This document shows, piece after piece, positions 49,051 through 57,451 of a stretch of 64,000 nucleotides of DNA. Position numbers and translations under genes: made by a program. Numbering within the stretch: the stretch's first letter is position 1; every line of letters starts with the position of its first letter. The notes under the pieces were generated by a model. The model had not been told where the DNA came from. It worked only from the letters and a program-made list of their open reading frames with translations, and did not search any database. This stretch comes from a virus (Duplodnaviria; Heunggongvirae; Uroviricota; Caudoviricetes). The stretch spans positions 1-64,000 of the IMG/VR virus record IMGVR_UViG_3300028888_000051; one strand, given 5' to 3'.

Positions 49051-49725
49051 ATGGATAAAGCTATGAATAAATATATACAAAAATTTAGAGAATCTATAGC
49101 TAAATTAAATGAAGAACAAATTATATATCGTACTTATGCAGATAAGCCATATTTAAATAATATAGATGGTAGTTTTATGAATAAACCATCTAAAGGTTTG
49201 TGGGGTTGTAGAGATAATGGTTGGAAAGAATGGTGTGAAGAGAATGATTTTGGTTATGACTCACATTATTTTGAATGGACATTAAAACCAGAATCTAAAT
49301 TATATACTGTTAGCAATAAAAATGATTTTATATATTTATTAAAAAATTATCAATTAGAAGAATCTGATGGTAATGTATTTATAGATTATTCAAAATTAGC
49401 TAAAGATTATGATGCCATTGAATTAACTAAAAATGGTAACATGGATCTTCATTATGGTATAGAAACAGATGATCCTGAATTGCAAGATCCTAAATATAGA
49501 ATAGCCTTAACAATGGCTATGAATACATGGGATGTACCTAGTATATGTGTATTTAATCCAAGTAAAACTGTAAACGTTATTAATAAACCTATTGAAGAAG
49601 ATACAGTTAAGCAAGGTAATTCATGGACAAATAAAGGAAAAGAAGGCACACATGGTACCTTCAAGACTAAAAAACAAGCTGATGCTCAAAGAAAAGCTAT
49701 GTTTGCAAATGGATATAAAGGTTAA
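49051..49725 (+). CDS. Putative late or virion-internal protein
   Basis: MNKYIQKFRESIAKLNEE leader; AGTTCTA at 49021; basic C-terminal module. Confidence 0.6.
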   Translation: MDKAMNKYIQKFRESIAKLNEEQIIYRTYADKPYLNNIDGSFMNKPSKGLWGCRDNGWKEWCEENDFGYDSHYFEWTLKPESKLYTVSNKNDFIYLLKNYQLEESDGNVFIDYSKLAKDYDAIELTKNGNMDLHYGIETDDPELQDPKYRIALTMAMNTWDVPSICVFNPSKTVNVINKPIEEDTVKQGNSWTNKGKEGTHGTFKTKKQADAQRKAMFANGYKG

Positions 49726-50048
49726 ATTATTCCTTGTATTTTAAATAAGGTTTCTAATTCTTGTATTTGATTTACATATTCTTTTTTAAGATTAATTTGT
49801 ATTGAATACTGATATTCTTTAATGTCAAAATATATATCTATTGTATAATTTTTTAAAATTTTTTCAATCATACGCATATAATTAAAGCTAGTATTATTAC
49901 ATTTAACTATAATTCCAGGAACAAAATTATTATATTCAATATCTTCAAAAGAAGACCACATAATAAATTTACTTAAAAGATTAAAGCAAAAGTGATTAGC
50001 TTGCTCATGTTGCCATTGTAATTCTTCAGCTATATTTGATGAAATCAT
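49722..50048 (-). CDS. C-terminal tag family protein, subfamily B
   Basis: HEQANHFC; ends QELETLFKIQGII. Confidence 0.65.
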   Translation of the reverse strand: MISSNIAEELQWQHEQANHFCFNLLSKFIMWSSFEDIEYNNFVPGIIVKCNNTSFNYMRMIEKILKNYTIDIYFDIKEYQYSIQINLKKEYVNQIQELETLFKIQGII

Positions 50049-50066
50049 AATTTTAATTCCTTTTAA

Positions 50067-51035
50067 TTATATTTCAAGTTCTGGTGATCCCATTTTAATA
50101 TAGTTACCATAGGTAATATGTTCACCAGTTTTTTGATAATGACGAGCCAACATTTTTAAAGCAGGTAAAGCACTAAGACATGCATCCATATCTTGACTAT
50201 CATATTCAAAACTTTTACGTATATTATTATACCTAGCTTGTACACGTGCACAAAAACCCCAAGCATTCCATTTCTTAGATGGATTTCTATAATGTATATT
50301 TTTTGGTAAATTAACAGTACGTAATCCACTTGGTGTTTCTCTAGTTATTTGTTTTTCGGCTAAAATAACACCTTGTTTACATTTACAAGCACTATATTTA
50401 GGATAGGATATATGTCCAATTACTAATTCACCACAATCAAGACATTTCCATGTACAATTACTACCTTCAATTTTAATTAATTGACGATTATTAACAATAT
50501 CTCCAATATTATACTTTCTTTTATGTTCACATCTACATTTTCTTTCACTTAATTCATCTGATCTTCTTTTTGTAATTTTACCACATTTTAAACATTTTAC
50601 ATTATAAGGATATCTATAATCATTAGTAATCTCTACTATTTCATAATTATTTATAATATCTCCAACACTATATTTTAATTTAGGCAAATTTCCTTTTGTT
50701 AAACTTTTAGACCATTCTATTGTATATTCTGAAAAGTCATTATGATGAAATTTTGCCCACATTGCAATACTTCTTTTACTTACGCCTAATTTTTTTGCCA
50801 TATCAGTTTGATTATAGAATAATTGTCCATTCCATTCTATTGCAAATTTACATTTTTCGCATTTTGCAAGACGTAATCTATTAACGTTAGACTCTTTAAA
50901 TATATTACCACAACGTAAGCATTTAGTGACATATACCCTACCTACTTTTCCACCTCTAGAAATCAAAGGTTCATATACAATATCAATAACTTGACGAGTA
51001 CCTATGATATCACCAATTTTTAAATCAATAGACAT
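50067..51035 (-). CDS. Repeated Zn-ribbon/HTH DNA-binding protein, homing-endonuclease-like
   Basis: Three GDI[IV]...KCL.CG repeats and QTDMAKKLGVSKRSI HTH. Confidence 0.6.
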   Translation of the reverse strand: MSIDLKIGDIIGTRQVIDIVYEPLISRGGKVGRVYVTKCLRCGNIFKESNVNRLRLAKCEKCKFAIEWNGQLFYNQTDMAKKLGVSKRSIAMWAKFHHNDFSEYTIEWSKSLTKGNLPKLKYSVGDIINNYEIVEITNDYRYPYNVKCLKCGKITKRRSDELSERKCRCEHKRKYNIGDIVNNRQLIKIEGSNCTWKCLDCGELVIGHISYPKYSACKCKQGVILAEKQITRETPSGLRTVNLPKNIHYRNPSKKWNAWGFCARVQARYNNIRKSFEYDSQDMDACLSALPALKMLARHYQKTGEHITYGNYIKMGSPELEI

Positions 51036-51064
51036 AAAATATCTCCTTTCATGAGTAATATTTC

Positions 51065-51751
51065 TTATTTATCTAACATATGACTAGCAAATAAACTTTT
51101 TGCATGCTCTATCATTTCTTTATAATTTTCATCTGTAAAATATCTTACGTATAAATTTGTTTTCTGGTCACTACGTTCCTTATCTCTATTTTCTATAAAT
51201 TTATTTTGTAAATTTAAACGTTGAAGAATATTCATTTTATTCCATCTATTAAGTAACATATCTTCTTCTGCTAAAGCTAATAATTCTTGTAAATAAGCAT
51301 GATATTCCATTTTATCATTAATATAATCTTTCATATTATCAGATTTAGAAGACATATCTTCTGTAATTAAACCACAACAAGCATCATTATAATGAATTAA
51401 TTCATGAAATACCGCAAGATTATGCTCTGTAAGTAAATAAAGATATAATTCTGCTATTTGTTTTTTATTTGATAAATCTACAGAATCATCTAATATAGCA
51501 AAACTAATTTGATATTTATTATTTTCTCTAAAGCCAAAAGCTCCTGCAGAATTATATGATTTACTAAATAATTCAAAATATAAATCACCAAAAAGAATAG
51601 ATACGTAATCTAAGCCTTCTATATCTTTTCCTACATAAATATAATTATAATCATTAGATTTAATCATATTTATTAAATGATCTTTTAAAGTTTCCATTAA
51701 AAAATAAACTGCTTTACGCTGACTATTTAATTCAAAATCTGTATACTTCAT
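51065..51751 (-). CDS. Putative zincin metallopeptidase
   Basis: FHELIH followed by Y....EY.AY; start moved to MKYT. Confidence 0.55.
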   Translation of the reverse strand: MKYTDFELNSQRKAVYFLMETLKDHLINMIKSNDYNYIYVGKDIEGLDYVSILFGDLYFELFSKSYNSAGAFGFRENNKYQISFAILDDSVDLSNKKQIAELYLYLLTEHNLAVFHELIHYNDACCGLITEDMSSKSDNMKDYINDKMEYHAYLQELLALAEEDMLLNRWNKMNILQRLNLQNKFIENRDKERSDQKTNLYVRYFTDENYKEMIEHAKSLFASHMLDK

Positions 51752-51821
51752 GATATTATTCCTTTTATTATCATTAACTATATATATAATATAGTATATA
51801 TAATAACAAAAGTAAAACCGT

Positions 51822-52748
51822 TTATTCATCTTTCCATTCTTGTATTGCATATTTTGTTAAATTATTATCTATTATATACTTATTCCTAGCCTCAACAGCT
51901 TCTTTAAGATCAGAATAAAAACCAACATATTTACATTCATTATTTACAATTAATCTTACACTCCATTTTTTTCTTTGTTTATTCCAATTTATTCCAGTAT
52001 ATCCACTAGTATTAGTAACTTTAATAACAGGATCAGTATTAAGTACACTAAATTCACCTTTATATTTTTGTATATGATACTCTAGATTATTATCAATTAT
52101 ATATTTATTTCTAACTTCTAATGCCTCTTTTTGTGTTTTATATGTACCTAAATATATAGTTTTATAATCTGAATAAATATCAGCTTCCCACATTTGTCTA
52201 TTATTTTTCATATTTTTAATATGAATACCTACATATCCACTTGTATTATTTAATGGTTTATTTCGATTAATAGATTGAATTTTACTTGTTGTCCATCTGC
52301 AATTTTCTGGACAATAATCACCGTTTACATTTATTCTATCTATACTTAATCCTTGTTTATATCCATTATTTATAGCCCAATTATAAAAACATTCAAAACT
52401 ATTAAACCATTTATCACATATTGTTATATTTCGTTTACCATAATATTTATAATGATCTCTATTTTGATTATAACATCTTTGTTTCATATCATTCCATACT
52501 AAATATAAAGGATGATCTGATAATCCGTGAGTAGTATTTATTTCATTTAAATATTTTAAAGCACAATTTCGACATTGTGTAGTATTACCATTAATCAAAT
52601 TACTTAAAGCATGAATACTTTCTGTTCCACATTCACATCTACATTTTACAATTTTATGACCATCTTTACTTTTACCAGCATTTTCTAATATAGTCCATTT
52701 ACCAAATTTTTTACCAATATAATCTTCTACTTTATATATTTTAGGCAT
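51822..52748 (-). CDS. HNH homing endonuclease with two AP2 domains
   Basis: CRCECG, MKQRCYN, SIDRINVNGDYCPENCRW, two NTSGY.GI...A..RN units. Confidence 0.85.
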   Translation of the reverse strand: MPKIYKVEDYIGKKFGKWTILENAGKSKDGHKIVKCRCECGTESIHALSNLINGNTTQCRNCALKYLNEINTTHGLSDHPLYLVWNDMKQRCYNQNRDHYKYYGKRNITICDKWFNSFECFYNWAINNGYKQGLSIDRINVNGDYCPENCRWTTSKIQSINRNKPLNNTSGYVGIHIKNMKNNRQMWEADIYSDYKTIYLGTYKTQKEALEVRNKYIIDNNLEYHIQKYKGEFSVLNTDPVIKVTNTSGYTGINWNKQRKKWSVRLIVNNECKYVGFYSDLKEAVEARNKYIIDNNLTKYAIQEWKDE

Positions 52749-53152
52749 TAATACTTATACTCCTATTAACAATTCTAATTTTATTACAATAGAATACATT
52801 TATATATACAATTCTACTAAAATAAATTACTAAAAAAAGAATAATAATTAGAATAAAACAATAAACTATCTAAATTGAACAGTTCTATAAAATACAATAA
52901 CAATAATAAAAACACGTCAATATAAAATAACTTTTTTATAAAGACATATATAAAAGCATATTTATATCTATTCTGGACATAGTGATTAATAGTAGAATAA
53001 AGTATATATAAGACAGGTCATATACACATGCGTATAGAAACATTCTACCACATAACAGACGATGAAAAAAACACGTCTCTAAATAAACTAAAATATAAAC
53101 AACCTTGAAAAACTTAAAACAAAAATATTTTATAGAAGGAATGATAACTACT

Positions 53153-54706
53153 ATGTCTATATTAAACAAAATTAATGACGCTAACGTAGCAGCTAAAGCT
53201 AGAAGCGCAAAAATCAACGAAGGCATTGCTCACGCAGCTAAGGTTTTACACGAGTCTGTACTCGGTACTCGTTGCCCTAACCTCGTAAAAGGCATTGAGT
53301 CTGACTCCAAGGAAGCTAAATACCAAGCAGCTACCTTGACACAGATCCTTGAGAACACAGCAGCATATGTACAAAAGATGGATGGCATTAACTTGCTTAC
53401 AGAAGATGCATATGCTTCTACTAATGCTGTATCTTTGCTGAGCCCTGGAGTTGCAACTTTAACTCCTCAAGTGCTTGATATTGTTAACGTTTTTTACCCA
53501 CAGATGGTAGCAAACTACATTGCTGATATTCAAGCTCTTGATCGTCAGACTGGTCAAATCTTCACCATTAAGACACGTTACAGCCAAAAAGCCGCTGGTG
53601 TTGAAGCTGGTGACATTGTTTTTGAAGAAGCAACAGACGGTACATATTCTTCTGAGTATGTTGGTTATGCTCCTGTAGCTATTGCTGCTGAAGTTGAAGC
53701 TGAGCCTTCTTCTGAATTAGATGGTGCTACAGTTAAGATTCGTGCTGGTTCTTTCATTGTTCGTTTGGCTGGTAAAGAAGTTGCACGTGACTATGGCAAT
53801 GGTTCTGCTAAGTTAGATGGTGTTAACGAAGGTAAATACAACGTAATTGGTCGTGGTGTTTCTGGTACATTAGATGCTCAGACTGGTAAAGCCGAATTAA
53901 AGTTTGATGAAGAGATGTTTGCTGAAGCTATTGCTGCTCATGCTATGTTGTCTTTCGAAGCTGCTTTCGATACAGAAACTGATGTTGACTTAATCCGTAA
54001 GATTCAGTTTGATATTCCTAACCAACCAGTTACTGCTAAAGAGCACCCATTAATGAGCTCTTACTCTGTAGCTGCTTCTTTGGTTATGAATGCTCACTTA
54101 GCAGTTGATACTGATGAATTGATTAGCAATCAAATTGCTGGTACAATTCGTTGGGAACGTGACTTAACTTTGATCCAAACTGTTTCTAATGCTGCTCAGT
54201 TAGTTGAAGACTTAACATTTGACTGTGCTGCAAATGGTACTAACTTGACATTACAACAAAGATATAGCTCATACACAACTACAATTTCTAGTGCTCGTGG
54301 ATATATCCAAGAAGTTGCTGGTCGTGGTACTGTTGAGTTCATTATCTGCTCTGCACGTGTTGGTTTGCCAGTTATTGAACAAATCGAAGGCTTTAAGGCT
54401 GCTCCTGAAGCTAAGAAACCAATTGGTCCGTATTTAGCAGGTACATTGCGTGAAGGTACAATTGCTGTTATTGCAGTTCCTTATAGCAAGACCTTACAAG
54501 AAGACCATGTAATCTTTGGTTTCAAAGGATTCCAATTAGGAGACTCTAGCATTGTGCTCGCTGAGTGGGTAAGTTTATATTTCACACCTACTTTCCAAGC
54601 TCCTAATTTGAAAAACCATAAAGGTGCTTTGTCTTTCTACGATTTATTCGTTAATAAACCTGAATATCTTTGCAAAGGTGTTATTTCTAACTTTAACGTT
54701 GCTTAA
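53153..54706 (+). CDS. Major capsid protein (T4 gp23-like)
   Basis: IQAL...TGQIF....Y, I..ERD..LI, RG..EFIICS, AGTL, TFQ match gp23 blocks; strongly biased high-expression codons; strong terminator downstream. Confidence 0.85.
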   Translation: MSILNKINDANVAAKARSAKINEGIAHAAKVLHESVLGTRCPNLVKGIESDSKEAKYQAATLTQILENTAAYVQKMDGINLLTEDAYASTNAVSLLSPGVATLTPQVLDIVNVFYPQMVANYIADIQALDRQTGQIFTIKTRYSQKAAGVEAGDIVFEEATDGTYSSEYVGYAPVAIAAEVEAEPSSELDGATVKIRAGSFIVRLAGKEVARDYGNGSAKLDGVNEGKYNVIGRGVSGTLDAQTGKAELKFDEEMFAEAIAAHAMLSFEAAFDTETDVDLIRKIQFDIPNQPVTAKEHPLMSSYSVAASLVMNAHLAVDTDELISNQIAGTIRWERDLTLIQTVSNAAQLVEDLTFDCAANGTNLTLQQRYSSYTTTISSARGYIQEVAGRGTVEFIICSARVGLPVIEQIEGFKAAPEAKKPIGPYLAGTLREGTIAVIAVPYSKTLQEDHVIFGFKGFQLGDSSIVLAEWVSLYFTPTFQAPNLKNHKGALSFYDLFVNKPEYLCKGVISNFNVA

Positions 54707-54735
54707 TCCTAAAGCATTGATATTACTGCACTTTG

Positions 54736-54770
54736 GAAGGGTCCTAGAGAAATCTGGGGCCTTTCTTTAT
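54736..54770 (+). terminator. Intrinsic terminator of the capsid gene
   Basis: gaagggtcctaga-GAAA-tctggggcctttc followed by Ts. Confidence 0.85.
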
Positions 54771-54843
54771 TCTAAAAATTAGACTCATATATTCTATTCA
54801 TTAGTGATAGAAAAATTTATATTTACTTTATAAAAAATTCATG

Positions 54844-54927
54844 TTAATATAATGACAAAATAAAAGTTCCATATAATTAATATGATGACAGAATCATCGT
54901 TTTAGCTAATTAATATAATGACGAAAT
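54844..54927 (+). repeat. Three 18-bp direct repeats at 33-bp period
   Basis: TTAATATRATGACRRAAT at 54844, 54877 and 54910. Confidence 0.8.
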
Positions 54928-54941
54928 AAAGGATAGTTAAT

Positions 54942-55637
54942 ATGAATAAAGAGTTTTGTAAAGAAATAGAAGAAATGTTTGCAGATATAGATGATCCTTT
55001 TGAAAGAGCTCGATTAATAAAAAATGAAAAAACACGACGCTGGAAATTAGCTAATAAAGAAAAAGTCTTAACTGCACGTAAAAGATATTGTCTAAAGTAT
55101 CCTGAAAAAATAAAACAAGAAAATGCAAAATTTAGAAATAATAATCCAGATTATAAAAAAGAATATTATCAAGCTCATAAGAAAGAAGCTTCTGAATGGT
55201 GGGATAATAGAAGCAAAGAACAAAAAGAAGCAAAAGCTGAATACAATCGTAAATGGAAGAATGATAGATATGCCAATAATATAGGATATAAGTTAAGATG
55301 TATTATATCTACAGCCGTAAGAAGATCTTTAATAAGTGAAAAAGATGATAGTATACGTAATATATTAGGATATAGTATTCAAGAGCTCAAAGAACATTTA
55401 GAAAGTCAATTTGAAGATTGGATGACTTGGGATAATATTGGCTTAACTGCTAAAGCTTTAAAAGAAACTTGGCAAATAGATCATATAAGACCTATAAATA
55501 CTTTTAACATTACTGATGTATATTGTGAAGATTTTAAAAAATGCTGGGCATTAGAGAACTTAAGACCTTTAGATTCATATATAAATGCAACTAGACCAAG
55601 TGATGGTTCAGATATTAAAGGAGATTGTCATGCGTAA
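54942..55637 (+). CDS. HNH-type endonuclease
   Basis: LG.S...LK.HLE.QF...M.W.N, WQIDHIRP, W.L.NL.PL...N; N-terminal helical repeats. Confidence 0.8.
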   Translation: MNKEFCKEIEEMFADIDDPFERARLIKNEKTRRWKLANKEKVLTARKRYCLKYPEKIKQENAKFRNNNPDYKKEYYQAHKKEASEWWDNRSKEQKEAKAEYNRKWKNDRYANNIGYKLRCIISTAVRRSLISEKDDSIRNILGYSIQELKEHLESQFEDWMTWDNIGLTAKALKETWQIDHIRPINTFNITDVYCEDFKKCWALENLRPLDSYINATRPSDGSDIKGDCHA

Positions 55638-56649
55638 AATAGAAGATAAGTTGTGTTTATATTGTGGTAAATTATTTCATCCTGCTAGAAAGACTAGAGA
55701 ATTTTGTTCACGTGAATGTAATATTGCATACCGAAAAGAACATGAAGGATATGTTGTCTCACCAGAAACTAGACAGAAGATGAGCAATAGTCATACTGGA
55801 AAAACACGTATACCTAAGCAATTAAAATGTTTAACTAGAGAAAGAATAACACAATTAAAGAATACTAAAATGTTTGGTATATCTAAATATCGTCTATTAG
55901 AATTCTGTGTTTTATCTGATTTTCCTGGTACAAAGAAATGGCCTGCAGATCATCCAATATGGGACTGTAATGTAGCAGGTAAATTATCACCAAAAGAAGC
56001 TTGGAATGATCCTAATTATCTTATTAAAGCTATAGATAATCTTTACTATATGTTAAATAAAGATCTATTCAATGATTCTAACTGGGTAATGAAAGTACAA
56101 GAAGCTCTTCTTAATATGGATAATAAGATATTAGAAGTTGTTTTATATCGTTTTACTATAGCTAAGATAGCTCCAAAAGTAACAGCTTTTATGCCTTCAG
56201 CTTTTGAAAGGATACTCAAAGAAAGTGGTAAAGATATTTCTAAAGGTATATATTGTCCTATGGCTGGATTTGGTGGAATAGTGGAAGGAGCCAAAAGATA
56301 TTACGAAAAGAATAATATACATGCTGATATAGAGGCGTATGATATAAATCCTATATTTTGTAAATATTATGGTTGGGCTCAGCGGGATGTATTAGCACAG
56401 CATATAAAAACAGATAAAATTGTATTTGTATGTCCACCTTTTGGTCCTAATACAGAAAGATGGAAGGGTACACCGGATACTATGTATTATGACTTTGAAG
56501 AATGGGTAGAGCTCATTAAGAAATATATAGATGCTCCAGATTATATATTTGTTGGTCCAGAAATAACAGAAGAAGAAAGTAAAAAGAAAAATGGATTATT
56601 TGCTAAAAAATATGGCATTCAATATTACGATACTTATTTCAGTGCTTAG
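55630..56649 (+). CDS. Zn finger/NUMOD3 fused to a DNA methyltransferase-like domain
   Basis: CLYCG...FCSREC, SPETRQKMSNSH, CPMAGFGG, YDIN, CPPF. Confidence 0.6.
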   Translation: MRKIEDKLCLYCGKLFHPARKTREFCSRECNIAYRKEHEGYVVSPETRQKMSNSHTGKTRIPKQLKCLTRERITQLKNTKMFGISKYRLLEFCVLSDFPGTKKWPADHPIWDCNVAGKLSPKEAWNDPNYLIKAIDNLYYMLNKDLFNDSNWVMKVQEALLNMDNKILEVVLYRFTIAKIAPKVTAFMPSAFERILKESGKDISKGIYCPMAGFGGIVEGAKRYYEKNNIHADIEAYDINPIFCKYYGWAQRDVLAQHIKTDKIVFVCPPFGPNTERWKGTPDTMYYDFEEWVELIKKYIDAPDYIFVGPEITEEESKKKNGLFAKKYGIQYYDTYFSA

Positions 56650-56986
56650 TTTGTTTTTTTTTGTCTATAGCCATTTATACTTACCCCTTATAAAAACAGA
56701 GACCAAATGACGTAAAATCAATAGCTTATAAATTTACTAATTTTTAGACAAAAACTTCTTGAGTAAATAAAAAAAGAGCTAGACTATTTAATTAATCTAA
56801 CTCTTGGACTTTAAATCATAAAATATTCAATTATATTTATATAGTATGTTTTTGTATTTGTAAAATCATTTTCTTTTAGTCTAAAAATTAGAGTTCTATA
56901 TATACATATATATTAGCACACAGACGCTAGTTAATATATATGTTCCTTGTGTTAGCGTCTAATAAATTTTATAAGGAATGATTACT

Positions 56987-57346
56987 ATGACAACTAAAAT
57001 TGTTGCTTCTGGTAAAGTAGTTGATACAGAAGATTTGAAAATTGTTGCTGAAGTTGCTGCTGTTTATGCAGATGATGAGTCTGGTTCTAATTCTGGATCA
57101 GGTGTAGCTGAAAAGCACATTGTTTCTTTACGCGTTAAGCAATTTAATGCAGACGAAATGCCAGCTGATGTTATGAATTATGCAGCTATTGCAGAATTAG
57201 CTGGTGGTGATATGGTTGTTCCTGGTGTAGCTGGAAATGATGATGTTACATTGGAAGAGCCTGTTGCAGTTAAAGCTAATAAAATGAAAGCTTTTATGTA
57301 TAAAGGTGCTGCTAATATAATTTGTAACTTACGTTATGAATTTTAG
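56987..57346 (+). CDS. Probable highly expressed head or structural protein
   Basis: Same codon bias and AAGGAATGAT leader as the capsid gene; GTTCTATA at 56893; Ala/Val-rich. Confidence 0.55.
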   Translation: MTTKIVASGKVVDTEDLKIVAEVAAVYADDESGSNSGSGVAEKHIVSLRVKQFNADEMPADVMNYAAIAELAGGDMVVPGVAGNDDVTLEEPVAVKANKMKAFMYKGAANIICNLRYEF

Positions 57347-57391
57347 TAGTTCTATAATTAGTTAGTTTAATCTAACATATATTATTATAAA

Positions 57392-57437
57392 AAAGACGTA
57401 CTGCTTTATTTCCTTTCACAGTACGTCTTTATTTTTT
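57392..57437. terminator. Bidirectional terminator
   Basis: aaagacgtactg/cagtacgtcttt with A and T runs, between convergent genes. Confidence 0.75.
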
Positions 57438-57451
57438 TGGAGATTTATAAA

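Noticed and set aside
38211-50048. Diversity-generating retroelement or integron as the cause of the array
   Set aside because: No reverse transcriptase, integrase, adenine-specific template/variable repeat pair or attC-like sites were seen in the window
52936-53226. 96-aa minus-strand hydrophobic ORF
   Set aside because: Antisense shadow of the capsid leader and start, with no RBS
54844-54927. Mini CRISPR array
   Set aside because: Repeats (18 bp) and spacers (15 bp) are too short and non-palindromic, and no cas genes are present
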